Counted from the stretch's first letter, positions 1 to 8,744 are shown. The stretch is 64,000 nt of DNA from Thermoplasmatota archaeon (GCA_030828405.1 JAURCP010000006.1:12015-76014), one strand, 5' to 3'. The notes: a model not told the origin generated them from the sequence alone. Numbers and translations: made by a program.

Positions 1-1
1 T

Positions 2-277
2 GGTAAAGGTGCAGAGTTTACCGATCCAATGACTGGAGAAACTATTGATTTATCTAAAGCAGCAACGTCTAGTGAAACTTCATCTCTAAGGCATCTGAAT
101 GAAGTTGTTCCCGAAACAGTTGCCCAAGGTACACTTTGGGTCGGCGACTACCTATGTCCAAAATGTGATGCAGATAGAATATTTGTTGTACTAATGCAGA
201 CTAGATCTTCTGATGAACCGGAAACAAAAATCTGTACTTGCGAAAGTTGCGGATACAAGTTCAGAGAGTATCAATAA
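2..277 (+). CDS. tfs: Transcription factor S (TFIIS/RpoM-like), 5'-truncated by the window edge
   Basis: C-terminal Zn ribbon CPKC...QTRSSDEP...CESC with the acidic DE hairpin; the frame is open upstream of ATG 29 to the window start; adjacent to PCNA. Confidence 0.85.
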   Translation, partial: GKGAEFTDPMTGETIDLSKAATSSETSSLRHLNEVVPETVAQGTLWVGDYLCPKCDADRIFVVLMQTRSSDEPETKICTCESCGYKFREYQ

Positions 278-373
278 TATACAATTTTTCAGACTTTTTG
301 AGTAATAATGCCTAATCGCTGAAACATAAGCATGAATAACCCGCAGTCAAGGGTAGGTTAAGAAAGGGGTGGC

Positions 374-1126
374 ATGATGTTGAGAGTCACAGCAAATACG
401 CAATTAATGAGAGAAATAGTAGATCTACTTTCTGTGTTAACAGAAGAAGCAAAATTAGTATGGAAAGAAAATGGATTGCAAATAAATGTAGTTGATGGGT
501 CGCATGTTGCTTTACTATCAGCAACCATAGGTGATGCATGTTTTGAGACATATGAAGTTGAACCAGTAGAAATTGGACTTGAACTTATAAAATTGAGAGA
601 CCTATTGAGCCTTGCAGGACCATCTGATTTAGTAGAATTAGATTATGATGAAGCAATAGGAGCCATTAATGTCAGAGTTGGTGCAGTACACCGAATACTT
701 AGAGGATTAGATACATCGACAATGAATGAACCAAAAATGCCACAATTGTCATTTGATAGCAGAGCGACAATAGATGCTTCCAAGCTCTCGAATGCTATCA
801 GAGCAGCAAAGTTAGTTGGAGAATTAGTTGACCTAAGTCTAGATTCAAATCAGATGAGTGTTTCAGTATCAAATGAAGCAGGAGAATCAGTAAACGTTAG
901 ATTCGATGCAGGAGAACTTAGCGAGTTAGTGGCGCCAAACCCTACGCAATCAACATATTCATTACAGTTCTTAGATCCTCTATCAAAAAAATTAGCAAGT
1001 GGATTAACTGATTCAATTACTTTAGAATTTCAAGATAAATACCCTTTAAGACTTACATGGAATAGTAATGATGGCGGGGCTAGTTGGATATATTTCCTAG
1101 CTCCAAGAGTTACTAATGATCCATGA
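374..1126 (+). CDS. pcn: DNA polymerase sliding clamp (PCNA)
   Basis: 250 aa; VDGSHVAL motif, YSLQFL, C-terminal YFLAPR typical of PCNA. Confidence 0.93.
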   Translation: MMLRVTANTQLMREIVDLLSVLTEEAKLVWKENGLQINVVDGSHVALLSATIGDACFETYEVEPVEIGLELIKLRDLLSLAGPSDLVELDYDEAIGAINVRVGAVHRILRGLDTSTMNEPKMPQLSFDSRATIDASKLSNAIRAAKLVGELVDLSLDSNQMSVSVSNEAGESVNVRFDAGELSELVAPNPTQSTYSLQFLDPLSKKLASGLTDSITLEFQDKYPLRLTWNSNDGGASWIYFLAPRVTNDP

Positions 1127-1170
1127 TTAATCATCGATGTTATTGAAAGTGTAGGCGCTTACGGTAAGCC

Positions 1171-2259
1171 GTGAGTGAACCTTCAGTTACTGTCATTATT
1201 CCCAGTGTTAGGAATCATGAGGAGTTAGATATTGTACTAAAAGGTCTGAAAAAACAGACTTATAGTGGACAAATCGAAACAGTAGTTGTTGGTCCTACAA
1301 ATGATCCAGGAAAGGACATCAGTCTAGAGAACAATATTCGATTTATTGATGACGAAGGTTCGAGAACTAGAGCTGATGCATGTAACATAGCAATAAAATC
1401 TACAAGTTCGGAACTGATACTATTCACTGATGACGATGTTATTGTTCCAAAAGATTGGGTTAAGAAATTAGTTTCATGGTTTGAAGATGAGGAAGTGAGT
1501 GGAGTTGGAGGACCTAATTTTGCTCCAGTTGATGAATCCACAATGTGGCAGCAAGTAATTGATGTTGCATTCTGTAGTACAATATTTACTGCTGGAACTA
1601 ATTATGGTAAAGTAGGTAAGAAAGACCTAGATGAAGTCAATCAACTTCCTGGAGTTAATTGTGCTTACAGGCGCTCTGTTCTAGAAGAAGTAAATGGATT
1701 TGATGAAGGCGCTATTGGAGCGGAAGATGTTATGCTTGATCATAGAATCAGGATGACTGGAAAGAAACTATGGACAGATAGAACAGCCATTATGTGGCAT
1801 AGAAGAAGAGACCTTTCAAGAGTTAAGAAACAAATTAGGAACTATGGACTTGTGAGAACTTTAGCCAGTCATCAATACCCTGAACTAAGAGCACCTACAC
1901 ATACTGCAGTTGCATTTTTCCCCCCAATAGTAATAGCGGCATTTGGATTCTTTTTTTGGGGCCTAGCAAATGGGGGATTGGCATGGCCTGATTTCTGGGA
2001 TATTCGATTATCTACAGTACCTATGGGCCTACCTAGATTAGGAGTTCATACATTACCAACACTAATTCTATTGTATAATATATTAGCATGGTATGGATCT
2101 TGGAAAGGCAATTCCCCCAGTAAATCAAAGAAGACCATCTTTCTTTCTTCAATAGCAACTTACACTTTACATTGGAACTATGGAATGGGAGTATTAACCG
2201 GTTGGATTAGAATCTTAAGAGGGAATTCGGGACTTCAGATTGATGATAGGAATAGATAA
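1171..2259 (+). CDS. GT2 family glycosyltransferase with C-terminal TM helices
   Basis: SVTVIIP start, FTDDD (DxD), GFDE...AEDV, hydrophobic C-terminus. Confidence 0.88.
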   Translation: MSEPSVTVIIPSVRNHEELDIVLKGLKKQTYSGQIETVVVGPTNDPGKDISLENNIRFIDDEGSRTRADACNIAIKSTSSELILFTDDDVIVPKDWVKKLVSWFEDEEVSGVGGPNFAPVDESTMWQQVIDVAFCSTIFTAGTNYGKVGKKDLDEVNQLPGVNCAYRRSVLEEVNGFDEGAIGAEDVMLDHRIRMTGKKLWTDRTAIMWHRRRDLSRVKKQIRNYGLVRTLASHQYPELRAPTHTAVAFFPPIVIAAFGFFFWGLANGGLAWPDFWDIRLSTVPMGLPRLGVHTLPTLILLYNILAWYGSWKGNSPSKSKKTIFLSSIATYTLHWNYGMGVLTGWIRILRGNSGLQIDDRNR

Positions 2260-2307
2260 TTTATATTATTGATTTTTCAAAAATCAAGTTATTGATATAA
2301 CCAGAAC

Positions 2308-3468
2308 GTGATTCTGAAGTGTATGCATCCGGAACAACTACGCAGGGTTATACTAAGGATTGTAACATCTCTTATGAATCTCATAATTGGCCCTTCAGGT
2401 GCTTGGTATGCTCTTGGATTAGAAGGTCTGTGCTTGTACATTATCGTTAATGTATTTACTAAATCTGTAGTTGCAGAGATTTCGGCTCTAAACGAAAAGA
2501 TATCTAGATTGGGATATAGAATATCTCCTATCTTTCTGATTTCTGCAGGTTTCTTGCCACTTATCTCATCCAACTGGTATACTTTTGTGATTCTTATACC
2601 TATTCTATTGGCAACATATGTGGGATTATTTTGGACAGGCTTTCATGGAATTAGAAAACTAAGAACTTTAAAAACTGAAAGAGAATCAGTAAGATCCTTT
2701 CAACATTATGAAATTGTAAGTACTTTATTGGCTGCTTTTTTAGTTTTATTTCTTAAACAAGTTGAGATGGTAAGTTATGCTGGATATATAGGCTCGATTC
2801 TAGCTTTCATTGCATTGGTAATTCCAATGAAAATAGGTGAAGGGACAATCAGAATATCAAGTGGCGATATGTTAAATCAAGAAGTAATACTTGCAAGATT
2901 AACCACAGGTTCTTTCGGAATCATTGGTTTTTCGACAGTTTGGTGTATGAGGATAATTGCTTTGGAATACGCAGGAATTTCAGGGATTGCGGGGATGGTG
3001 GCTCTTTCCAGTTTAGGAGGACATATTATATCTAATTTGAATGATAAAAAACTGAGGCCAGAATCGGCTGATAATAAAAACTGGATATGGGGGACTAACA
3101 TAGTAATAACTGGTATTCTTATTATGATTGGAAGTTTAATTTTAAGGCTTGAAGAATTTTTCCTAACTGGTTATCTGATTACAAGAGGGGGCACGTCTGG
3201 TATTTTACATCCTTTAGAAGTAAGAATTTCTGGAGAATTATTAATCGGAGATGGAGGTGAAATTGGGCTAAGAGAGAGAATAAAATTCAGAACACAAACA
3301 AAAATTATGTTTTTTTATATTATCTGCAATTATATGTTGTACAATATAATTGGAGAAATTAATCTTATTTTATTAGTCTTATTGCCTTTGATAACATCAT
3401 TATATTGTTGTAAGTTAAATTTGGAGATTATTGATTACTTAAAGACTCACCAACGGGTGCAAGGTTGA
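2308..3468 (+). CDS. Multi-pass membrane protein, possibly MFS-like transporter
   Basis: About 10-12 hydrophobic segments in two halves with a central hydrophilic loop; start could be ATG 2323. Confidence 0.55.
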   Translation: MILKCMHPEQLRRVILRIVTSLMNLIIGPSGAWYALGLEGLCLYIIVNVFTKSVVAEISALNEKISRLGYRISPIFLISAGFLPLISSNWYTFVILIPILLATYVGLFWTGFHGIRKLRTLKTERESVRSFQHYEIVSTLLAAFLVLFLKQVEMVSYAGYIGSILAFIALVIPMKIGEGTIRISSGDMLNQEVILARLTTGSFGIIGFSTVWCMRIIALEYAGISGIAGMVALSSLGGHIISNLNDKKLRPESADNKNWIWGTNIVITGILIMIGSLILRLEEFFLTGYLITRGGTSGILHPLEVRISGELLIGDGGEIGLRERIKFRTQTKIMFFYIICNYMLYNIIGEINLILLVLLPLITSLYCCKLNLEIIDYLKTHQRVQG

Positions 3469-5251
3469 GTTTAGATTTAGATAATTCCAATTTAATTTTA
3501 TTTTTTCTAGAATAAAGAAATAAACTCTGAGATTTAGGTTTATTTAATCCAGTAAATTCGCCAAACATTTCTCCTACTAGATGTAACTTAATTTTGTTAT
3601 TCTTACCCAATTCTTCAATATCTAAAATCCAACTAAATATCAAACTTCGAAAAATATTATCGTTACTTTTTGGATTCTCAAGAGCGGTATCTATCGAGAG
3701 TTCGGCTCTTAAAAGAAAATTATCAATCTCTGATAGGAATATTTTCATTTCTCCTAAAATTTCTTTAGATAATTCGTTTTCTAATTCAGAGCGATCTTCT
3801 GTCCAGATACTAGATCTGAATGTTGTATTCTGATAATTTTCTTTCCAGTTCTTATTTGTTATCCTTGAATCACTTAAGAATGAATTAATCTTCATGAAAA
3901 GTTGTGCTATTATTACTGATATATTGATTATTCCTGTGTAATTATTCTTACTTTCTTGAATATTTAACGCTGATTTAGCGAATCTTATTTCTTTTAATAC
4001 ACTCTCAATTATACTGCTAGTTTCATTTCGAACTATAGATTCCCTGAAACCTGAATCTTTAGGAGATGAACGATTGAAATCCAATCTGACAACTTTCATT
4101 GTTGTAGTTTTACAATAGAAATTTGTAAGATTCTTTGCTTCTGAACCAATGGTTGTAGATAAAAACGATTTAATAATCAGCCTCTTTTCTTCTTTTTTAT
4201 CTGTTTTTATCCTGTTTGAGGGGTTATTTTGATGTTCCAATAACACATCGAGACAATTCAGAATATATCCAGATTTCTTTTCTGATGACTCAAGATTTTT
4301 TCTTTCTTTCATTTCCATGTTTTCAAAATATTTATTTAAATCAGGATTTAGTGTCTTTCTAAAATCCCTAATTTTCTCTTCTATTTCATGTACTGGTTGA
4401 AGCCTAATTTTCTTATTTTTCCTCAATACCCATAATGACCACCAATAGTAGGCCTTGGCCCATACAGAATCATCTTCACGACATAATTCATCCATTTTTT
4501 TAATATAAGAAAATATATTCTTATAATCAGTTTCCCAATTATTACCAGATGGAATTAACCTTCTATTATTAGTCAAGTGGTATTGCATTAAAATTAACAT
4601 ATCAAGATGCTCAGTTTTTGTAGCACTATTATTGCGTATAGCTTTAAACCCATTTTTACTTTTCAAATTATCAAACTTAAACCAAGCAGCATCTAAAATT
4701 TTGTCAATTAATTCAAGAACTTCGGGGTTCTCAGAAAAACCCACACGAATTCTTCTGACCTGTTGTATTTTCGCTACAATCAGATATGTTGCGCAAATAT
4801 CTTTTGTTTCAACACCGTGTAATTTTTGTGTAATTTTCGATCTGAAATAATAACTATTGATTAAATCCTGTAAAGAATCTCTAGTGTAAGGATCATCTAT
4901 TTGCTGAAACCATTCATTCAAACATGGCCTTAATAATTTGTAACTACCCTCTGGATGGATTAAGTTATGTGATTGACCTATTAATCCCGATATATCACGT
5001 CTATTCCTTGAAGTGAAATTTATTATCAGCATTGAATCCTCAACACCGAAGTAATCTACCATGATTTTAAAGCTCTCTAAGGCTGATAATTTTGTTTTAG
5101 GTTCAGTGGTTAAATCTGAAAATGATTTATTATATTGCTCTGCAGCCTTAGCCCAATAAAGAATTAAATCTTTACTAAATTTATCTCTTTTCTCATTGTT
5201 AGAATAATGGAGATTACAGAAATCTTCACAACTTAACCTCTTGGACACCAT
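3428..5251 (-). CDS. Hypothetical 607-aa protein, predicted helical and Lys/Asn-rich
   Basis: Long ORF in very AT-rich DNA; TTTATAAG TATA-like box about 25 nt upstream; no motif recognised. Confidence 0.7.
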   Translation of the reverse strand: MVSKRLSCEDFCNLHYSNNEKRDKFSKDLILYWAKAAEQYNKSFSDLTTEPKTKLSALESFKIMVDYFGVEDSMLIINFTSRNRRDISGLIGQSHNLIHPEGSYKLLRPCLNEWFQQIDDPYTRDSLQDLINSYYFRSKITQKLHGVETKDICATYLIVAKIQQVRRIRVGFSENPEVLELIDKILDAAWFKFDNLKSKNGFKAIRNNSATKTEHLDMLILMQYHLTNNRRLIPSGNNWETDYKNIFSYIKKMDELCREDDSVWAKAYYWWSLWVLRKNKKIRLQPVHEIEEKIRDFRKTLNPDLNKYFENMEMKERKNLESSEKKSGYILNCLDVLLEHQNNPSNRIKTDKKEEKRLIIKSFLSTTIGSEAKNLTNFYCKTTTMKVVRLDFNRSSPKDSGFRESIVRNETSSIIESVLKEIRFAKSALNIQESKNNYTGIINISVIIAQLFMKINSFLSDSRITNKNWKENYQNTTFRSSIWTEDRSELENELSKEILGEMKIFLSEIDNFLLRAELSIDTALENPKSNDNIFRSLIFSWILDIEELGKNNKIKLHLVGEMFGEFTGLNKPKSQSLFLYSRKNKIKLELSKSKLNLAPVGESLSNQ

Positions 5252-5272
5252 AGCTGTACGTAATAATTAATA

Positions 5273-5280
5273 CTTATAAA
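5273..5280 (-). promoter_or_regulatory. Putative TATA box for the leaderless 607-aa gene
   Basis: TTTATAAG on the minus strand 22-29 nt upstream of ATG 5251. Confidence 0.4.
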
Positions 5281-5459
5281 TGTTAATATTTATCACCTCA
5301 AATTGAATAAAAATATAAAAAAGATTAATAATAAATAGTTATTTTTAGGCGATAAATATGCCATTTGAGAAATAATTGTTTAAAGTTGTTTTTATAAAAT
5401 TGAATAATATAAAAAATCATTGGGCATATATAGGGCCGTACCGTATTATAGTATGTAGT

Positions 5460-5617
5460 GCACCCCGGCATTCGTTTCACAAAAATGTGGGGGGAAGGGC
5501 AGAAACTGCTTCACCACTCCCATGAGTGGAGATGGAGTAGTTTATGACGCCAAATTGGTGAAAGAAAAAGGATAACGTAAAACTCTAGAGGGTGTAAGAA
5601 ATGACCACCTCTAGTTT
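5460..5617 (+). ncRNA. Putative structured leader RNA of the peptide/Ubl operon
   Basis: GC-richer patch in an AT-rich spacer; hairpin 5503-5543 (AAACTGCTTCA/TGGAGTAGTTT with 2 G-U pairs, inner CCACTC/GAGTGG) and hairpin 5585-5614 (CTAGAGG..CCTCTAG); ATATATA box near 5425. Confidence 0.4.
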
Positions 5618-5653
5618 CAATATGAATAATAAATTATAAAAAAAAAGGAGATA

Positions 5654-5746
5654 ATGAATATGGGATTTCTAAAATGGCTTTTACTCGGATCAGGTGCTGC
5701 TTACTTTGAACACACAGTAAGCGGTGACGATGACGATGATTGTTAA
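5654..5746 (+). CDS. Small peptide 1 (30 aa) MNMGFLKWLLLGSGAAYFEHTVSGDDDDDC
   Basis: Translated by hand; AAGGAG SD upstream; same architecture as peptides 2 and 3; alternative start ATG 5660. Confidence 0.65.
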   Translation: MNMGFLKWLLLGSGAAYFEHTVSGDDDDDC

Positions 5747-5840
5747 CGTAAAAATAAATAAAAAATGACTTTCTAAATGAATAGGAATTTAGAGTTCGCA
5801 TCTCGGACACAGAGATAAAAATACAAGGAGTGTGATAAAA

Positions 5841-5963
5841 ATGGGTTTGTTTAGAGCATTGTTCTGGACGGGAGCTACAATAGCGACTGGAGGATTGGCG
5901 CTTGCTTTGCTTCCAAACGACTGGGACGGTATAGACGGATATGACGGTGGCTGTGACGAATAA
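5841..5963 (+). CDS. Small peptide 2 (40 aa) MGLFRALFWTGATIATGGLALALLPNDWDGIDGYDGGCDE
   Basis: Translated by hand; ACAAGGAGTGTGATA SD block upstream; hydrophobic Gly-rich core and acidic tail. Confidence 0.7.
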   Translation: MGLFRALFWTGATIATGGLALALLPNDWDGIDGYDGGCDE

Positions 5964-6069
5964 TCGCCACATACACTGTTTCGCAAATGCGATGACTTGC
6001 AGGATGAATATGGATCTTGCCCCCGTGCCTCGGGTACAGAGGCGACACAAACAAGGAGCGTGATATGTT

Positions 6070-6186
6070 ATGGGATTGCTAAAAGCAATCGTAGGCGGAA
6101 CTGTTGGTTTGGTCGTGGGCACAATGACTTGTGCACCAATCACTGGAATGATTGGTGGTGCATTTGTAGCTCAAGACTGGGAATAG
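6070..6186 (+). CDS. Small peptide 3 (38 aa) MGLLKAIVGGTVGLVVGTMTCAPITGMIGGAFVAQDWE
   Basis: Translated by hand; ACAAGGAGCGTGATA SD block upstream (14/15 identical to that of peptide 2); glycine-zipper-like. Confidence 0.7.
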   Translation: MGLLKAIVGGTVGLVVGTMTCAPITGMIGGAFVAQDWE

Positions 6187-6281
6187 TTCAATGATTACAT
6201 GTGTAAATGTTGGCATGATAATGACATTTGAGAAGGTGCAAGACCTGGAAAAAAATATGAAGAAGGAAAGGAGGTAACGTA

Positions 6282-6491
6282 ATGGGAAACATAACGACAA
6301 AAGTCGAAATTGCTGACCATACGGGGCACACCACCGCTTTATTGACTCAGAGAGAGACTGTTGATCTCGTATCTGACAATGAGCGTTGGGTTTTCGCTGG
6401 AGGACAAATGATTGAGCCAGAAGAATTGGCTGAAGCAGATTGGTCTACAGTTGGAACCGTGAGAGTGATGCCGCGTATTGTGTTCGGTTGA
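6282..6491 (+). CDS. Ubiquitin-like (beta-grasp, SAMP/ThiS-like) small protein ending in Gly
   Basis: 69 aa, strong GGAGGT SD, beta-grasp-like pattern (WVFAGGQMI...TVRVMPRIVFG), C-terminal Gly; directly upstream of JAB and E1 genes. Confidence 0.7.
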   Translation: MGNITTKVEIADHTGHTTALLTQRETVDLVSDNERWVFAGGQMIEPEELAEADWSTVGTVRVMPRIVFG

Positions 6492-6583
6492 TTGGCTGAT
6501 TATTTGCTCGAAAGAGCCCGGATTAACGTAAGTCAAGATAGGGTATACTCTATGTTGATGCAAAATAAAAAGGAGAAAATAAA

Positions 6584-7087
6584 ATGGAAACAAAACAAAT
6601 AAATAATGAAAAAATAATAGAAAATGAAATAGATTGGAAACAACACATACGAGATGTGCATAATGATATGGCAGATGATATAGAATATCTCTTCCCTAAC
6701 AATTCCACTGAAGCCTTTATGACAGCAATATGGAAAATGTCTGTTGACTTATTAGAAAGGATAGAAGTGATGGTCATCGTCGATAATAAAGATGATTTGT
6801 ATATCAGTAGCGGCACACCATCGTTAGTCTCGTTCAAAGATCATGAGGATGAATTAAAAATTGGAGATAAAATGAAGTTGCCACTGAAATGTTGCATCCA
6901 TACACACCCTTCAGGTAAAGCATACTTTAGCGATACTGATTGGAATACAATTAACACATGGAAGAGCGATATTGAATCATGCATTGTACTAGGTAAAAAT
7001 GAATATTTAGCATATAATCCTAAATCTAAATTAGCTAAAATGGTTCACTATGGGCTTCTTGAGAACAATTTGAGAGGTGAGCAATAA
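6584..7087 (+). CDS. JAB/JAMM (MPN+) metallopeptidase
   Basis: Intact E...HxH-x7-S-x2-D motif: IEVMV...HTHPSGKAYFSDTD. Confidence 0.88.
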   Translation: METKQINNEKIIENEIDWKQHIRDVHNDMADDIEYLFPNNSTEAFMTAIWKMSVDLLERIEVMVIVDNKDDLYISSGTPSLVSFKDHEDELKIGDKMKLPLKCCIHTHPSGKAYFSDTDWNTINTWKSDIESCIVLGKNEYLAYNPKSKLAKMVHYGLLENNLRGEQ

Positions 7088-7311
7088 TGATTGAGGATTT
7101 AGTTATGAAAGATGATATTAGAATGATTATTGAATTAATAGAAGATAAGGGGTATGATTTAGATGAGGAAACAATTTCCTCATTAACAAAATATATTGAA
7201 ACAAATTTATCTTCATTGTGCAGAATCAATGAAATTTTAACTGGTATTACTGCTTACAAGAATCTTATCAAACAGGAAGAAGAAAAAATCGAAAGTTTAG
7301 GTGGTGTTTAA
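7087..7311 (+). CDS. Small hypothetical helical protein in the Ubl operon
   Basis: TAATG coupling to JAB; GAGGTGA SD. Confidence 0.7.
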   Translation: MIEDLVMKDDIRMIIELIEDKGYDLDEETISSLTKYIETNLSSLCRINEILTGITAYKNLIKQEEEKIESLGGV

Positions 7312-8076
7312 ATGGATATTAACGAAGAAGAATATACGCCAGAGAGAAAGAATGGAATTTTCAGATTTAGTATTCCTAATTTAGATGCACACAATAAATC
7401 ACTTGAATGGATTGAGTCTGAGAGGAAAAGAATGGGGGCGGAAATTGATTGTATGTTAGAGGATGGATACGACTCAAGTAGGAAATGTCATATTTATGTC
7501 AATGGGAGAGAGTCTGGAATTAATTATAGATTGACATTATCTTTTGAATCTAAAATTGCAAATCTATTATCTAAAAGAATTAATGAAGTTGAATTGAGTG
7601 ATAGAAATCTAAAATCAATTTTATTCACATTTCAAAAATTGATTCATTTCGAAACACATTGGTATGATCATTCGGAAGGGCGCTGGCAGCATATTTGCTT
7701 AGATGTGAAACCTTCTGTTAATCATCCATTTTGGCCAGGAGACCATATTGTTTCTGTAATGAATTGTTTGTCTGAAGACATGACTTCAGTACTTGATAGA
7801 GATATGAAAACTTTAAGAAAAGCAATGACTAAAGCACTTGTAGTCAGTTGGTTCCAAGGCGATAATTCAGATATTATGGGATTTAATAAGGTAAGTCAAT
7901 ATGTAGAGTGGTTAATTCAATTAGAAGAAACAGATAGTGAATTTTCATTTGCAAATAAGAGAGATTTGATTTTAAAAAATATAAAAAATGATTGGGGATA
8001 TTGGGTAGAATCACAAAAAACAAAGCAAATGAAGTTATATGAAAACGTGTTTTCTAGTTTGGAGGAATATCAATGA
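7312..8076 (+). CDS. Hypothetical protein, candidate E2-equivalent
   Basis: Lies between JAB and E1 and abuts its neighbours; HICLD (Cys129) resembles the E2 ICL active-site motif; function inferred. Confidence 0.45.
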   Translation: MDINEEEYTPERKNGIFRFSIPNLDAHNKSLEWIESERKRMGAEIDCMLEDGYDSSRKCHIYVNGRESGINYRLTLSFESKIANLLSKRINEVELSDRNLKSILFTFQKLIHFETHWYDHSEGRWQHICLDVKPSVNHPFWPGDHIVSVMNCLSEDMTSVLDRDMKTLRKAMTKALVVSWFQGDNSDIMGFNKVSQYVEWLIQLEETDSEFSFANKRDLILKNIKNDWGYWVESQKTKQMKLYENVFSSLEEYQ

Positions 8077-8744
8077 AAGATGTACTGGATATAGCAATAG
8101 TTGGAGTTGGAGGGATTGGTTCGAACCTCGCATCATTAATTGTGCCATCTCTATCTCAAGGAGATTTATCACAGAGATTTTCAAAAATAAATATCAATCT
8201 ATATGATTCAGATGAAGTCGAAGAAGAAAATATATTTCATCAGAGATTTAATCAATCAAATATCGGTGAAACAAAAGTTTTGGCTACAAAGAAAAACTTA
8301 TCATCTTTTGAGCATGATAAATTAGAAATCGTCCCACATGGAAAGGATGTTCGAGAGAAAGAAGATATTGAAGATAATGACCTAATAGTGGTTTGTGTAG
8401 ATTCTTCAGATGCTAGGATAGTAGTTCATTCAACAAACTCAAAATGGTTAGATCTAAGATGTAGAGGAGATAATTTCATGAGTATAGATTATACTACAAA
8501 GAAAAATATTATCAAATCAATTACCGATATCGACCAAAAACCCGGTTCTTGTCAGTATGAGGGAGCTTTAGAATCAGGTAATATTCAATTTGGTTTCATG
8601 TACGCTGCATCCTTTGGGGCTCAATGGGTGATACAAAACCTTAGAGGAGAAAATGAAGGAAATAATGTGTTGATGCCTTATCCAAGATCAGAAAGTATAA
8701 CATTTGGGACATTAGGTAATTTTGAGAAAGAGGAGGGAAGTTAA
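8073..8744 (+). CDS. ThiF/MoeB/E1-like adenylyltransferase
   Basis: GVGGIGS, DSDEVEEENIFHQ, KV, VCVDS motifs; GSCQ candidate catalytic Cys; no CxxC zinc motifs. Confidence 0.9.
   Translation: MKDVLDIAIVGVGGIGSNLASLIVPSLSQGDLSQRFSKININLYDSDEVEEENIFHQRFNQSNIGETKVLATKKNLSSFEHDKLEIVPHGKDVREKEDIEDNDLIVVCVDSSDARIVVHSTNSKWLDLRCRGDNFMSIDYTTKKNIIKSITDIDQKPGSCQYEGALESGNIQFGFMYAASFGAQWVIQNLRGENEGNNVLMPYPRSESITFGTLGNFEKEEGS

Noticed and set aside
5634-6143. 169-aa minus-strand ORF and the other antisense ORFs at 5789-6837
   Set aside because: They are antisense to the SD-led + strand peptide, Ubl and JAB genes and have no recognisable motifs.
5997-6194. 65-aa Cys-rich ORF from the track as a RiPP precursor
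   Set aside because: It overlaps peptide 3 in another frame and the structured spacer; peptide 3 has the conserved SD block and family motif, so this looks like a shadow frame.
6191-6277. Possible fourth peptide MITCVNVGMIMTFEKVQDLEKNMKKERR
   Set aside because: No SD, no shared motif, basic rather than acidic tail; its end is just the Ubl SD.
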